From Candidatus Latescibacterota bacterium (GTDB lineage: Bacteria > Latescibacterota > UBA2968): a DNA stretch of 64,000 bases. Below are positions 9,717 to 18,486 of the stretch, in pieces. The DNA lies in NCBI GenBank assembly GCA_965204745.1, contig OZ242010.1:4544001-4608000 (forward strand). Reading direction: 5' to 3'. Each line of letters starts with the position of its first letter. The first letter of the stretch is position 1. A program made the translations under genes and the position numbers. Below the pieces are notes generated by a model. That model ran no database searches and was not told where the DNA came from. It saw only the letters and a program-made list of their open reading frames with translations.

Positions 9717-10688
9717 ATGCTGAAAATTTTTGCTATTGATCCCAAAATCTGTGGAAATCTGGATTGGTTTAAATACTGTACAGAGCACTGCCGGCCATCA
9801 CAAGGGCGCGTGATGGTCGATTTGCCGTACGGTCAGTGGTACCGAAATGCGGAACAGATCATTGACCAACTCGCTCAAGACCGTCAACTCCCTCCCATAA
9901 AAGAACGCGGCTTAAAAGCACGTCTGAAGATGGTGAAAGACCAACTGGTAGATAGACCAAGATCTGGTTGGACGAATTGGTATGATGATGATTTCTCACG
10001 GTTTTCTTGGCTTATCGAAACGAGGAAAGAGCACCAGCGAGAGCCGTTTTCCCTTGTCGTCAGTCCTGACTGCGATGGTGTTGATGATGTTAGGCAAGAG
10101 TATCATCCCGATGAACTCGATAGAACTGTACGCGATTGGAATACGCCCAGTGGCGTTTCAATTACGCGCAGTCCTGGAGAATTTGTAACTGCCATTCTGC
10201 CAATGCTTCGCCTTGCTACGACTATTCACTTTTTAGATCGGTATTTTAGCGTAGATACTAACAGTTCTTATACCCAAAATTACAAACGTATTATCGAGGA
10301 GTTAGCCTCGTATTGTGATTCATTTCCATCCCTGACAATCCATTGTTGCCCGGACGCTATGCCTGACCAAACTTACTTTGAAAATGAACTGCACGAGCAC
10401 TACGCCCCCTCAATACCAAAAGGAAAGTCTGTGGCGGTTTTCTTGTGGCAGACAAATGGAAACCCAAAAAGAGGTACTCATCCTTTTCACAATCGCTTTG
10501 TGTTATCTAATCATTGCGGCGTCAGTGTGGGATATGGCACAGATAGTGCAAAGCAAAAGACTCAGGCACCAGACCTCCTCCAGATTATCGACCATGAAAT
10601 ATATCTGAACTTGTGGAATCAAATTCGGGACGAGACATTTCCCATGCTCGATATTGAACGCGAGTTTGAGATTACGGGGATCGCGTGA
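9717..10688 (+). CDS. Putative PLD-fold (MIT_C-like) effector, partner of ATPase 1
   Basis: IHFLDRYF...HNRFVLSN...GYGTD resembles the DPY...HDR.I..D...GLD motif of MITD1-C/BrxL PLD-like domains. Confidence 0.6.
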   Translation: MLKIFAIDPKICGNLDWFKYCTEHCRPSQGRVMVDLPYGQWYRNAEQIIDQLAQDRQLPPIKERGLKARLKMVKDQLVDRPRSGWTNWYDDDFSRFSWLIETRKEHQREPFSLVVSPDCDGVDDVRQEYHPDELDRTVRDWNTPSGVSITRSPGEFVTAILPMLRLATTIHFLDRYFSVDTNSSYTQNYKRIIEELASYCDSFPSLTIHCCPDAMPDQTYFENELHEHYAPSIPKGKSVAVFLWQTNGNPKRGTHPFHNRFVLSNHCGVSVGYGTDSAKQKTQAPDLLQIIDHEIYLNLWNQIRDETFPMLDIEREFEITGIA

Positions 10689-10889
10689 CTAGCGGTGTAT
10701 CCTGCGTACCATAAAATTGAAACTTACAGCAGATCGCAATAGACAACTGGTCGTGTCCCAAAAATTTCTTGACAACCCTGTACATTATTTTTTAGTGTGT
10801 TTTCATCTTGACCCGTTCCAACCGAGTCAGTATCAAACGCAAGCGTTCATCCCGATCCGAACTTTTTAATTTTTTGAGAGGAATCGATC

Positions 10890-12536
10890 ATGCCCATTAC
10901 CTCAATCACCATTGAAAACTTCAAGGGCATTGGCGAGAAAGCCGTGACCATTCCCATTCGCCCCATCACCTTGCTGTTCGGCAAAAACAGCGCGGGCAAA
11001 TCCACTGTGTTGCAGGCCCTGCGCTATTTTTCCGCAGTTATGAACCAATGGCCCAATTTAGGCCGCATAGAAATGAGTGGCGGTTTGAATACAGACTTTT
11101 TTCATTCCCTGGTGCATCGCCATGAGTTGGACCGGAAAATTCGCATTCGTGTCCATACACAAATTTATCCTTTGCCTTTGAAGCAATGGTATGAAGTGGT
11201 AACGGGATGGGTAAAAGGAGACGGAGGATACCATGACTGCGAGTCAATCTCACTGGGACATATCTTAGAAACAGGCGAAGAAATATGTTTGAGTTTTCGG
11301 AAAAAAAAAGAAAAATTCGCCGATGCAGTGATTGGCTCGAAGGGCGAAAAACTGATTTTTTGGAAAAAACTAAAAATTGGGGATGAGGATATCGTAGGAC
11401 AAATATATGTGAATACGACTGATCTTTCTAATCAGGCTAAGAAGCTCATAGATTTTCAGCATGATCTATTCCATAAACTATTCCATGAATCTCTTAACCC
11501 GAAAGAATTAAAAATAAAAAAATTAACTGATAAAGTTTTTGGCCAAGGACTCGCTGGACTTGGATCAAATATGCGCCATTTAGGTCCATTCCGAGAAGTG
11601 CCTCCTCGCGAGTATGAGATACCCCAAACACCCGATGAATCGCACTGGCAAAAAGGATTGGGCGCCTGGGATACCCTCGCACGAGACCCCAAATTGGTCG
11701 AAAAAACAAACCACTATCTGAAAGAGGTTTTGCAACTTGGATATACCATCAAACAACCAGAACCCGGTCAACACTTTCAACTTCACGATGAAAACAATGA
11801 GATAGACGTCGGCCTATCAGATGTCGGTGTTGGCATTGCCCAGGTCATTCCCGTTGTGGTGGGGGCATTAGATGATAGCCCGAACACTTTTGCGGTTGAA
11901 CAGCCAGAACTCCATGTTCATCCCGCTGTGCAAGTGGCTTTGGGTGACTTGTTCATTGACAGCGTAAAGCATCGCGAGCAGGCTATTGCAGAGTTCTTGC
12001 AGAAGATAGAAATTGATCTTGAGATCAAAGAACGCATTGAAAATCTTGAAGAGTCCAAAAGACCTAAGTTTTTTGAGTTGGAAAAAGAAAAACTCAAGAT
12101 CGATGAATTCAATAAATTCATTGAGACTTTAGAGTTCATTGAATTCATAGAGTCGATACAAGAAAACGGAGAAGGACAAACTGAATGCGGCGTTCAAGCC
12201 GGTTTTGAGTTTATTGAGTTGATACAAGAAAACCCTAAAATCATTGAAAACCCTAAGTTTTTAGAGTTCTTTAATGCGATAAAAAAAAGCAATCGCACCA
12301 TGCTCATTGAAACGCATTCTGAACACTTGTTGTTGCGATTGTTGCGACGTGTGCGCGAGACAACAGAGGGAGAGCAGACAGAGCACCCATTGACGCCCGA
12401 TGATTTGTCAGTGATCTATGTTCGATCAACGCCAGAAGGAGTTGAGTTCATCCCAATCAGCGTGACGGAAGATGGCGATTTTGAGGTCCTTTGGCCCGAA
12501 GGCTTCTTCGACGAGCGCGTGGAGGAGCTTTTCTAA
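10890..12536 (+). CDS. ABC-type ATPase with DUF3696-like tail, copy 2
   Basis: Near-identical to copy 1 up to RRVRET, divergent tail ending WPEGFFDERVEELF. Confidence 0.9.
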   Translation: MPITSITIENFKGIGEKAVTIPIRPITLLFGKNSAGKSTVLQALRYFSAVMNQWPNLGRIEMSGGLNTDFFHSLVHRHELDRKIRIRVHTQIYPLPLKQWYEVVTGWVKGDGGYHDCESISLGHILETGEEICLSFRKKKEKFADAVIGSKGEKLIFWKKLKIGDEDIVGQIYVNTTDLSNQAKKLIDFQHDLFHKLFHESLNPKELKIKKLTDKVFGQGLAGLGSNMRHLGPFREVPPREYEIPQTPDESHWQKGLGAWDTLARDPKLVEKTNHYLKEVLQLGYTIKQPEPGQHFQLHDENNEIDVGLSDVGVGIAQVIPVVVGALDDSPNTFAVEQPELHVHPAVQVALGDLFIDSVKHREQAIAEFLQKIEIDLEIKERIENLEESKRPKFFELEKEKLKIDEFNKFIETLEFIEFIESIQENGEGQTECGVQAGFEFIELIQENPKIIENPKFLEFFNAIKKSNRTMLIETHSEHLLLRLLRRVRETTEGEQTEHPLTPDDLSVIYVRSTPEGVEFIPISVTEDGDFEVLWPEGFFDERVEELF

Positions 12537-12538
12537 CG

Positions 12539-13489
12539 ATGATACATGAATATGCCTTAGAACCCGAACTCGTCGCAAGTTGGCACAACCGTTCAGACTC
12601 CAGATTCTTCATCGAACACTTCGGTTTTAATCAGACTGGCGACGCAACAGGCCGCGTGGTGGCTCAATATCCCAAGAAGTGGGAAAAACGAGTTTGGGAT
12701 GCGTTCTCTGCAAACTCTGGACAATCTACAAGATCCTTTGAGACCCGAAGACGTATTGAGACATTGTTGCGCGAGTTAAAGAAAACTCTTATCCGCCGCC
12801 CTAATATCAGTTGGGACGATCAACGCACTTGGCTCGAAAATGCCGAACAGGAGAATACGCGCCATCCATTTCATGCAATCTTGGCCTGCGACAATCCTCG
12901 CAACAAACCCAATGTCGTGCGTGGAGACGACGTACTAGATGATACTCCTCCTCTCTGGCGCGTGCGTCCTGCAATCCCAGTAGAGAGGCAGGCGATGAAG
13001 ATGGCAAATCACCTTGAACCAATGTTGCGCTGTGCAACGAAAATTTTTTTTGTCGATCCATATTTTCGTGCGTTAGAACCGAGATTCCAAAATCCTTTAC
13101 GAGAATTTCTACGCATCATTTGTGATGGCAGTCGCCCTGTTACGCTTGAATACCACACGGCCTGTTACGACAATGCACCGGCTTGGGATCATTTTCAACA
13201 GGAATGCCAAGATGCGCTTCCGGATATCATCCCCCGAGGTTTCGAACTCACCGTCCGCCGTTGGGAGGAACGGCCTCGCGGCGAGCGGCTTCACAACCGC
13301 TATATTCTCACTGACGTCGGCGGCGTACAGTTCCCACATGGACTCGACGAAGGCACTGGTACAGACGATATTTCCCGGCTAAGCAGAGAAATTTATCGGA
13401 AACGGTGTAATGATTACGGTCATTCCGGTTTCAATCCTGCATTTGATCTGGAGGGAGACATCGTCATCACAGGTAGATCTAGACCTTGA
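12539..13489 (+). CDS. Putative PLD-fold (MIT_C-like) effector, partner of ATPase 2
   Basis: IFFVDPYF...LHNRYILTDVGGVQFPHGLD; distantly homologous to 9717-10688. Confidence 0.65.
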   Translation: MIHEYALEPELVASWHNRSDSRFFIEHFGFNQTGDATGRVVAQYPKKWEKRVWDAFSANSGQSTRSFETRRRIETLLRELKKTLIRRPNISWDDQRTWLENAEQENTRHPFHAILACDNPRNKPNVVRGDDVLDDTPPLWRVRPAIPVERQAMKMANHLEPMLRCATKIFFVDPYFRALEPRFQNPLREFLRIICDGSRPVTLEYHTACYDNAPAWDHFQQECQDALPDIIPRGFELTVRRWEERPRGERLHNRYILTDVGGVQFPHGLDEGTGTDDISRLSREIYRKRCNDYGHSGFNPAFDLEGDIVITGRSRP

Positions 13490-13534
13490 TCGTCACATAC
13501 GTATGATCAACAGCGTATCATAGGAGGAATTGCA

Positions 13535-13846
13535 ATGGGCATCTTTCGCAGAGGGCGGCCTAGCCGACAGGCCCCACCCAATAAACCTGGTCTCTATCGG
13601 TTCAGAAACCGAAAGACTGGCGAGATCGATTATATCGGCGAGACCGCGAATTTGGCGCGCAGGATCTTTGAGCATTTTCGGTCATCCAAACCCGTATCCC
13701 CAAAAACCCACCACGCCGAATGGCAGAGGGCGGATGGTCGAAGCACATCTAAAACCCGCCGAGCGCATGAGCGCGCTAAAATCAACCAGCACAAGCCGAG
13801 ACAGAACAAGCGCGATGGGGGTGGTGGGCGAAGGGCAAGGCGGTGA
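13535..13846 (+). CDS. Small GIY-YIG nuclease-domain protein
   Basis: PGLYRF...DYIGETANLARRIFEH...HE...N; AGGAGG SD. Confidence 0.8.
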   Translation: MGIFRRGRPSRQAPPNKPGLYRFRNRKTGEIDYIGETANLARRIFEHFRSSKPVSPKTHHAEWQRADGRSTSKTRRAHERAKINQHKPRQNKRDGGGGRRARR

Positions 13847-13866
13847 TCGGTGCGTGTCATCAACCA

Positions 13867-13910
13867 AAAATAAGACTTGTCACGAACAGCGCTCGGGCAA
13901 GTCTTATTTT
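13867..13910. terminator. Hairpin (AAAATAAGACTTG...CAAGTCTTATTTT), related copy at about 16361-16416
   Basis: 13-bp perfect inverted repeat with T/A tails. Confidence 0.65.
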
Positions 13911-13954
13911 GTTATACTTCTATTTCTCCTCATTTTTCAACTACGCGGAGCGGG

Positions 13955-14182
13955 GTACAACTGCGATAGCAGTTCATCGTCGGGCTTGCCTCTCACCTCT
14001 TGCCTCTCCCGTCTTGCCTTGTACAACTGCGATAGCGGTTCATCGTCGGGCTTGCCTCTCACCTCTTGCCTCTCCCGTCTTGCCTCGTACAACTGCGATA
14101 GCGGTTCATCGTCGGGCTTGCCTCTCACCTCTTGCCTCTCCCGTCTTGCCTCGTACAACTGCGATAGCGGTTCATCGTCGGG
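13955..14182. repeat. 66-bp tandem repeat, about 3.5 copies
   Basis: Units start at 13955, 14021, 14087, 14153: GTACAACTGCGATAGCRGTTCATCGTCGGG + CTTGCCTCTCACCTCTTGCCTCTCCCGTCTTGCCTY. Confidence 0.95.
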
Positions 14183-14338
14183 ACAAGCCCCCGTGCCTGT
14201 CCGAAGCAGTGACGGGTCGAGGTGTGCCAGTATAGGCCAACAAAATTCGTATCACCATTCACTTCAAAAGGCAAAAGCAACCACGGCTGAACGCGGATGA
14301 AACCCGATTTTGCTAACCGCTAACCACTGAAAGCACCC

Positions 14339-15872
14339 ATGAAACGAATTTTGATATGCTGGATCGGAAATACGGACTTGGACGCCGCAAAAGGAGATAA
14401 AGATGTTGGGGCCGGGCCCATTGCACAGGCATTGGAAGCGCGTGCGTTTGACGAGGTCTGTTTGATTACCGATTATCCAAAGGCCCGCGTTATGCCTTAT
14501 CTCGACTGGTTGCAAAACCGAACCGAGACCCCGCAGCGTTTGTTTTGCGAGAAACTCTCAGGCCCGACTCAATTCGGCGAGATTTACGAAGCGGCTGTGC
14601 GCGTTTGCACGGCGGCTTTGGATCGACAATCCGTTCCAATAGAACTCGCCTTTCACCTCAGCCCCGGCACCCCGGCAATGGCCGCTGTGTGGATCATTTT
14701 GGCGAAAACGCGCTTTCCCGCAGAGTTGATCGAGTCCTCAAGGGCGCATGGCGTTCAAACGGCCGCTGTGCCCTTTGATATTTCCGCAGAATTTCTGCCC
14801 GACCTCCTGCGTGAGTTAGACGCGCAACTGCGGTCGTCAAGCGAAGAACGCCCCACTAAATCCGCGAGTTTTGAAGACGTGCAGTACAGAAGTGCGGTCA
14901 TGGCGCGGTTGGTCGAAAGGGCGCGGCGCGTTGCTATGCGAAATATCCCGGTGTTGCTCGAAGGCGAATCCGGCACGGGCAAAGAACTGTTTGCCCGCGC
15001 GATTCACAAACACAGCCCGCGCAAAGACGCGCCATTTGTCCCTGTGAACTGCGGCGCGATTCCAGCCAACTTGGTGGAATCCGAACTGTTTGGACACGAG
15101 AAAGGCGCGTTCACCGGTGCCCAATCCCGGCGCAAAGGCCACTTTGAAGCAGCAAATAATGGGACGCTCTTTTTGGATGAAATTGGCGAGTTGCCCAAAG
15201 ATATGCAGGTGAGATTGTTGCGCGTGTTATATGCAGGTGAGATTGTTGCGCGTGTTAGAAGAAGGCGAGGTCGTCCGGGTTGGGTCATCCAAACCCATCT
15301 CGGTGGATGTACGCATCATTGCGGCGACGAATCGCAATCTCATTGCGGAAGTCGGCGCGGGGCGATTTCGAGAAGACCTGTTCTATCGGCTCGTGGTGGC
15401 CTATCTCGAATTGCCCCCTTTGCGCGACCGCACCGGGGATTTGGGGTTGTTGATCGACCACGCACTCGCGCTGATCAACCGGGAAAGCGAAAGCCAGCCC
15501 GGGTACAAACACAAACAAATTTCCGCAGGCGCGAAAAATCTTCTGCTCAACCACCACTGGCCGGGCAATATCCGCGAGTTGCAAAACACGCTCAGGCGTG
15601 CGATGGTGTGGGCAGATGGCGAAATCCTGACCCGAGAAGCCATTGAAGAAGCCCTTTTGCCCGAGTTTGGAAACCGCGGAGAAGGCATCCTGAACCGCCC
15701 CTTGGACGCGGGATTTAGCCTGCGCGATCTGATTGACGAAGTCGCAAAACACTATTTGTACCGCGCATTGAAGGAATCAAACACCAAAAAGGAAGCCGCC
15801 GAACTCGTGGGCTTGCCCAGCCCACAGACGTTCACCAACTGGGCAAAAAAGCACGGCGTGAAAGTAACATAA
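14339..15872 (+). pseudogene. Sigma54-dependent activator (RtcR/PspF-like; N-terminal CARF-like, AAA+, HTH), frameshifted
   Basis: [57 protein letters not shown]; split by a 28-bp tandem duplication at 15201-15256. Confidence 0.9.
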
Positions 15873-15880
15873 AAAGACTA

Positions 15881-16300
15881 GGTTCTGTTGACATTTAGGA
15901 GCAAAGCAACTGGCTTGAGCGGCTTATCGAGAAAATCAAGCCCTATCGCAGAATATGCTCTCGATTTGAGAAATTCGGACAGTCGCTCCTTGTCGGGACC
16001 TACCCCCCTGGCCCCCGTTACTCGCTTCGCTTCGTTGTAGGCTACGCCTGTGCCTGTGAGGAAGGGGGGAACTGTGAGCGGTTTTGCGAGGGGATTGATG
16101 AGGGATTTTTAATCGCTTTAGGTCCTCGCGCACCGCCATAAGAGCCACCAGAGCGAGAAGCCATCAAAGGAACTTTTCTCCCCTTTCCTCGTAGGAAAGG
16201 GGCCGGGGGATAGGTCCCCTCGCGCAACGCCATCAGAGCAACCTAAGCCATCAAAGGGCCAAACGCCTTAAATGAGCAAGAAGCAACACAGTTGCTACAC
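15881..16300. mobile_element. Degenerate MITE with nested REPIN-like element
   Basis: TA|GGTTCTGTTGACATTT left end homologous to 48747; REPIN at about 15995-16220; MITE right-part sequence at 16250-16300 without a TIR. Confidence 0.7.
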
Positions 16301-16467
16301 ACCTAAAAAAACGACCATCAGATCGAATTGGCACGCGAGCATGTAGGTGCGGTTCATCAAAAAATTAGGACTTGTCGCGAACAAAGGGTTGCGAGTGTTC
16401 GGGCAAGTCTTATTTTGTTGCTATTCCGCGCTTGTTTTGCCGATTGCTAACTGCTTGGATGGCCGCG

Positions 16468-18411
16468 ATGGCTGAAACACTGACCACAACATCTAGCGCA
16501 ACGCGCGAGGGGGTGACGCGCCGGGCCGTGGTGGTCGGGCTGGCGGTGGTGGTGTGGATCGCGTTTTGGAACACGCACGCCGAGTACCTCGCCCATACAT
16601 CGCGCATGAACATCAGCCATTTTCCGATGGTGCTCTTGTGTACGTATGTGATAGTCGTGTTGCTGAATCACGCATTGCGATGGATAAATCCCGGCTGCGC
16701 GCTTCGTCAAACCGAGTTGCTGGTGGTCTTGGGCATGGGCCTGTTGGCCGCGGCCATTCCCGCTTACGGTTTGACGAGCTTTTTTTTGGGCATGATTTCC
16801 GTGCCGCATTACTTGGCGACGCCTGAAAACCAATGGTCCGAGTTCGTCCACCCGCATTTGCCCGACTGGTTGGTGCCGAGCAATGAGGGCCGCGCCATGC
16901 AATGGCTCTACGAGGGCCTGCCCGCGGGGCAATCCATTCCTTGGAACGTGTGGGTCGTGCCCCTGTTTTGGTGGTTGAGCGTCATCGCGGCCATCGCGCT
17001 GGCCTCTATCGCGCTGGCGAGCATGTTGCGAAAACAATGGGCCGAACACGAGCGCGTGGCCTATCCGGTGCTCGGCCCGCCGGTCGCGCTAGCTGCGGAC
17101 GCGCCCAAAGGCGAGGGCATCTTGCACAATCGGCTGTTCTGGATCGGGTGCGGCCTGATTTTCTTTGTCAAGGCGTGGAATATCCTGTCCTATTTCAACC
17201 CCGGCATCCCCATTATTTGGCTCGGGCAACAGTGGTTCTACTTTGCGCGGTTTTATCCGCCCCAGCACACGGGCGTGAATTTTTTCACCATTGGCTTTGC
17301 GTATTTTGCCAATGTGGATGTGCTGTTTTCCATCTTGATCTTTCACCTGTTGTACCTCAATGAGATCGCGTTTTTTCGGCGCATTGGCTTTACCCTGTCC
17401 GCCAAAACGGGCCCAGGCGACGCGGTGGCGGGTCTGCAAAGCGCGGGGGCGTTTATCGCGCTGGTCTTCTGGACGTTTTGGACCGCGCGCCTGCACTTGA
17501 AAGAGGTGTTCCGCAAGGCACTGCGGGGCGATGAGGGGGTGGATGATTCGGGCGAGTTGATGTCGCATCGCGCGGCGGTTTTGTCCCTTGGCATCAGCGC
17601 GGTCTTCCTGATGTTGTGGTTGCGGACCATGGGCTTGGAATGGAAATTCGTGGGCCTGTTGACCGCGGGCTTGTTCATCGCGTACGTGGGCCTCGCCCGG
17701 GTGATTGCCGAAACCGGCGTGGTGTATATGAGCATGCCGATCAACGAGGCGGGCTTTGCGGGTTTGTTTTTTCACCCGGCGGATTATTCGGCAAATGCGC
17801 GCACGTCGATCACCCTGTTTTCCGCGCTGCGCTGCCAGAGCAAAGCGATGTTTATGGTGCCGCTGGTTCACATCGCCAAGTTGGGCGAGATGATCGCGCA
17901 GGAAAAGGGGCGGTTGTTGCCCATCGCGATCCTCACCTTGGTCGTGGGCATCGGCGGCACAGTGGTGTTGACGCTGTTTTTGAGCTATACGCACGGCGCG
18001 TACAATTTTAACGATTTTCCCTTTACGCGCTATCCACCCCGCGTGTATGACGCCTTGGTCAAAGCGATCAAGGAAGTGCCCGAATACAAACCCGAACGCT
18101 ACGTGTTCCTCGGCGCGGGCGTGTTCCTGTTCAGCGCGATCAGCTTTTTGCGCTATCGCTTTACGTGGTGGCCCCTGCATCAGATCGGGATGATCGTGCC
18201 GGTGGGGCACGCGATGCACTCGACCATGTCCATTTTCATCGCTTGGAGCGCGAAAGCCATTATCCTCCGCATCGGCGGCGCATCCCTGTACCAGCGCAGC
18301 CAACCCTTTTTCGTGGGCATGCTGGTAGGCTATGGCCTCGCCGTGTTCGTCTCGTATTTGGTGGATCAAATCTGGTTCCCTGGCCGCGGCCACCACATGC
18401 ATTCGTGGTAG
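16468..18411 (+). CDS. Polytopic membrane protein (DUF6785/DUF6784, OPT-like putative transporter)
   Basis: Many TM helices; LRKQWAEHERVAYP, RVIAETG, WWPLHQIG, PFFVGMLVG. Confidence 0.75.
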   Translation: MAETLTTTSSATREGVTRRAVVVGLAVVVWIAFWNTHAEYLAHTSRMNISHFPMVLLCTYVIVVLLNHALRWINPGCALRQTELLVVLGMGLLAAAIPAYGLTSFFLGMISVPHYLATPENQWSEFVHPHLPDWLVPSNEGRAMQWLYEGLPAGQSIPWNVWVVPLFWWLSVIAAIALASIALASMLRKQWAEHERVAYPVLGPPVALAADAPKGEGILHNRLFWIGCGLIFFVKAWNILSYFNPGIPIIWLGQQWFYFARFYPPQHTGVNFFTIGFAYFANVDVLFSILIFHLLYLNEIAFFRRIGFTLSAKTGPGDAVAGLQSAGAFIALVFWTFWTARLHLKEVFRKALRGDEGVDDSGELMSHRAAVLSLGISAVFLMLWLRTMGLEWKFVGLLTAGLFIAYVGLARVIAETGVVYMSMPINEAGFAGLFFHPADYSANARTSITLFSALRCQSKAMFMVPLVHIAKLGEMIAQEKGRLLPIAILTLVVGIGGTVVLTLFLSYTHGAYNFNDFPFTRYPPRVYDALVKAIKEVPEYKPERYVFLGAGVFLFSAISFLRYRFTWWPLHQIGMIVPVGHAMHSTMSIFIAWSAKAIILRIGGASLYQRSQPFFVGMLVGYGLAVFVSYLVDQIWFPGRGHHMHSW

Positions 18412-18486
18412 AATAAATTTCTTTTTGTCAACCCATCCTCTATTCATGAGATGGACACCTAATCCCCCAACGCAAAGAAGATTTTT

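Noticed and set aside
13955-14182. Possible CRISPR array (30-bp palindromic repeat + 36-bp spacer)
   Set aside because: The 'spacers' are essentially identical heptamer repeats and there are no cas genes; it is a plain tandem repeat.
13530-14300. ORFs with 22-aa repeats, and ORFs within REPIN/MITE clusters (e.g. 41681-42424, 48690-49232, 61475-61909)
   Set aside because: Translations of non-coding repeat DNA with no SD or domain signature.
16329-16345. Second sigma54 promoter
   Set aside because: TGGCACGCGAGCATGT lacks GC at the -12 position; treated as a degenerate copy.
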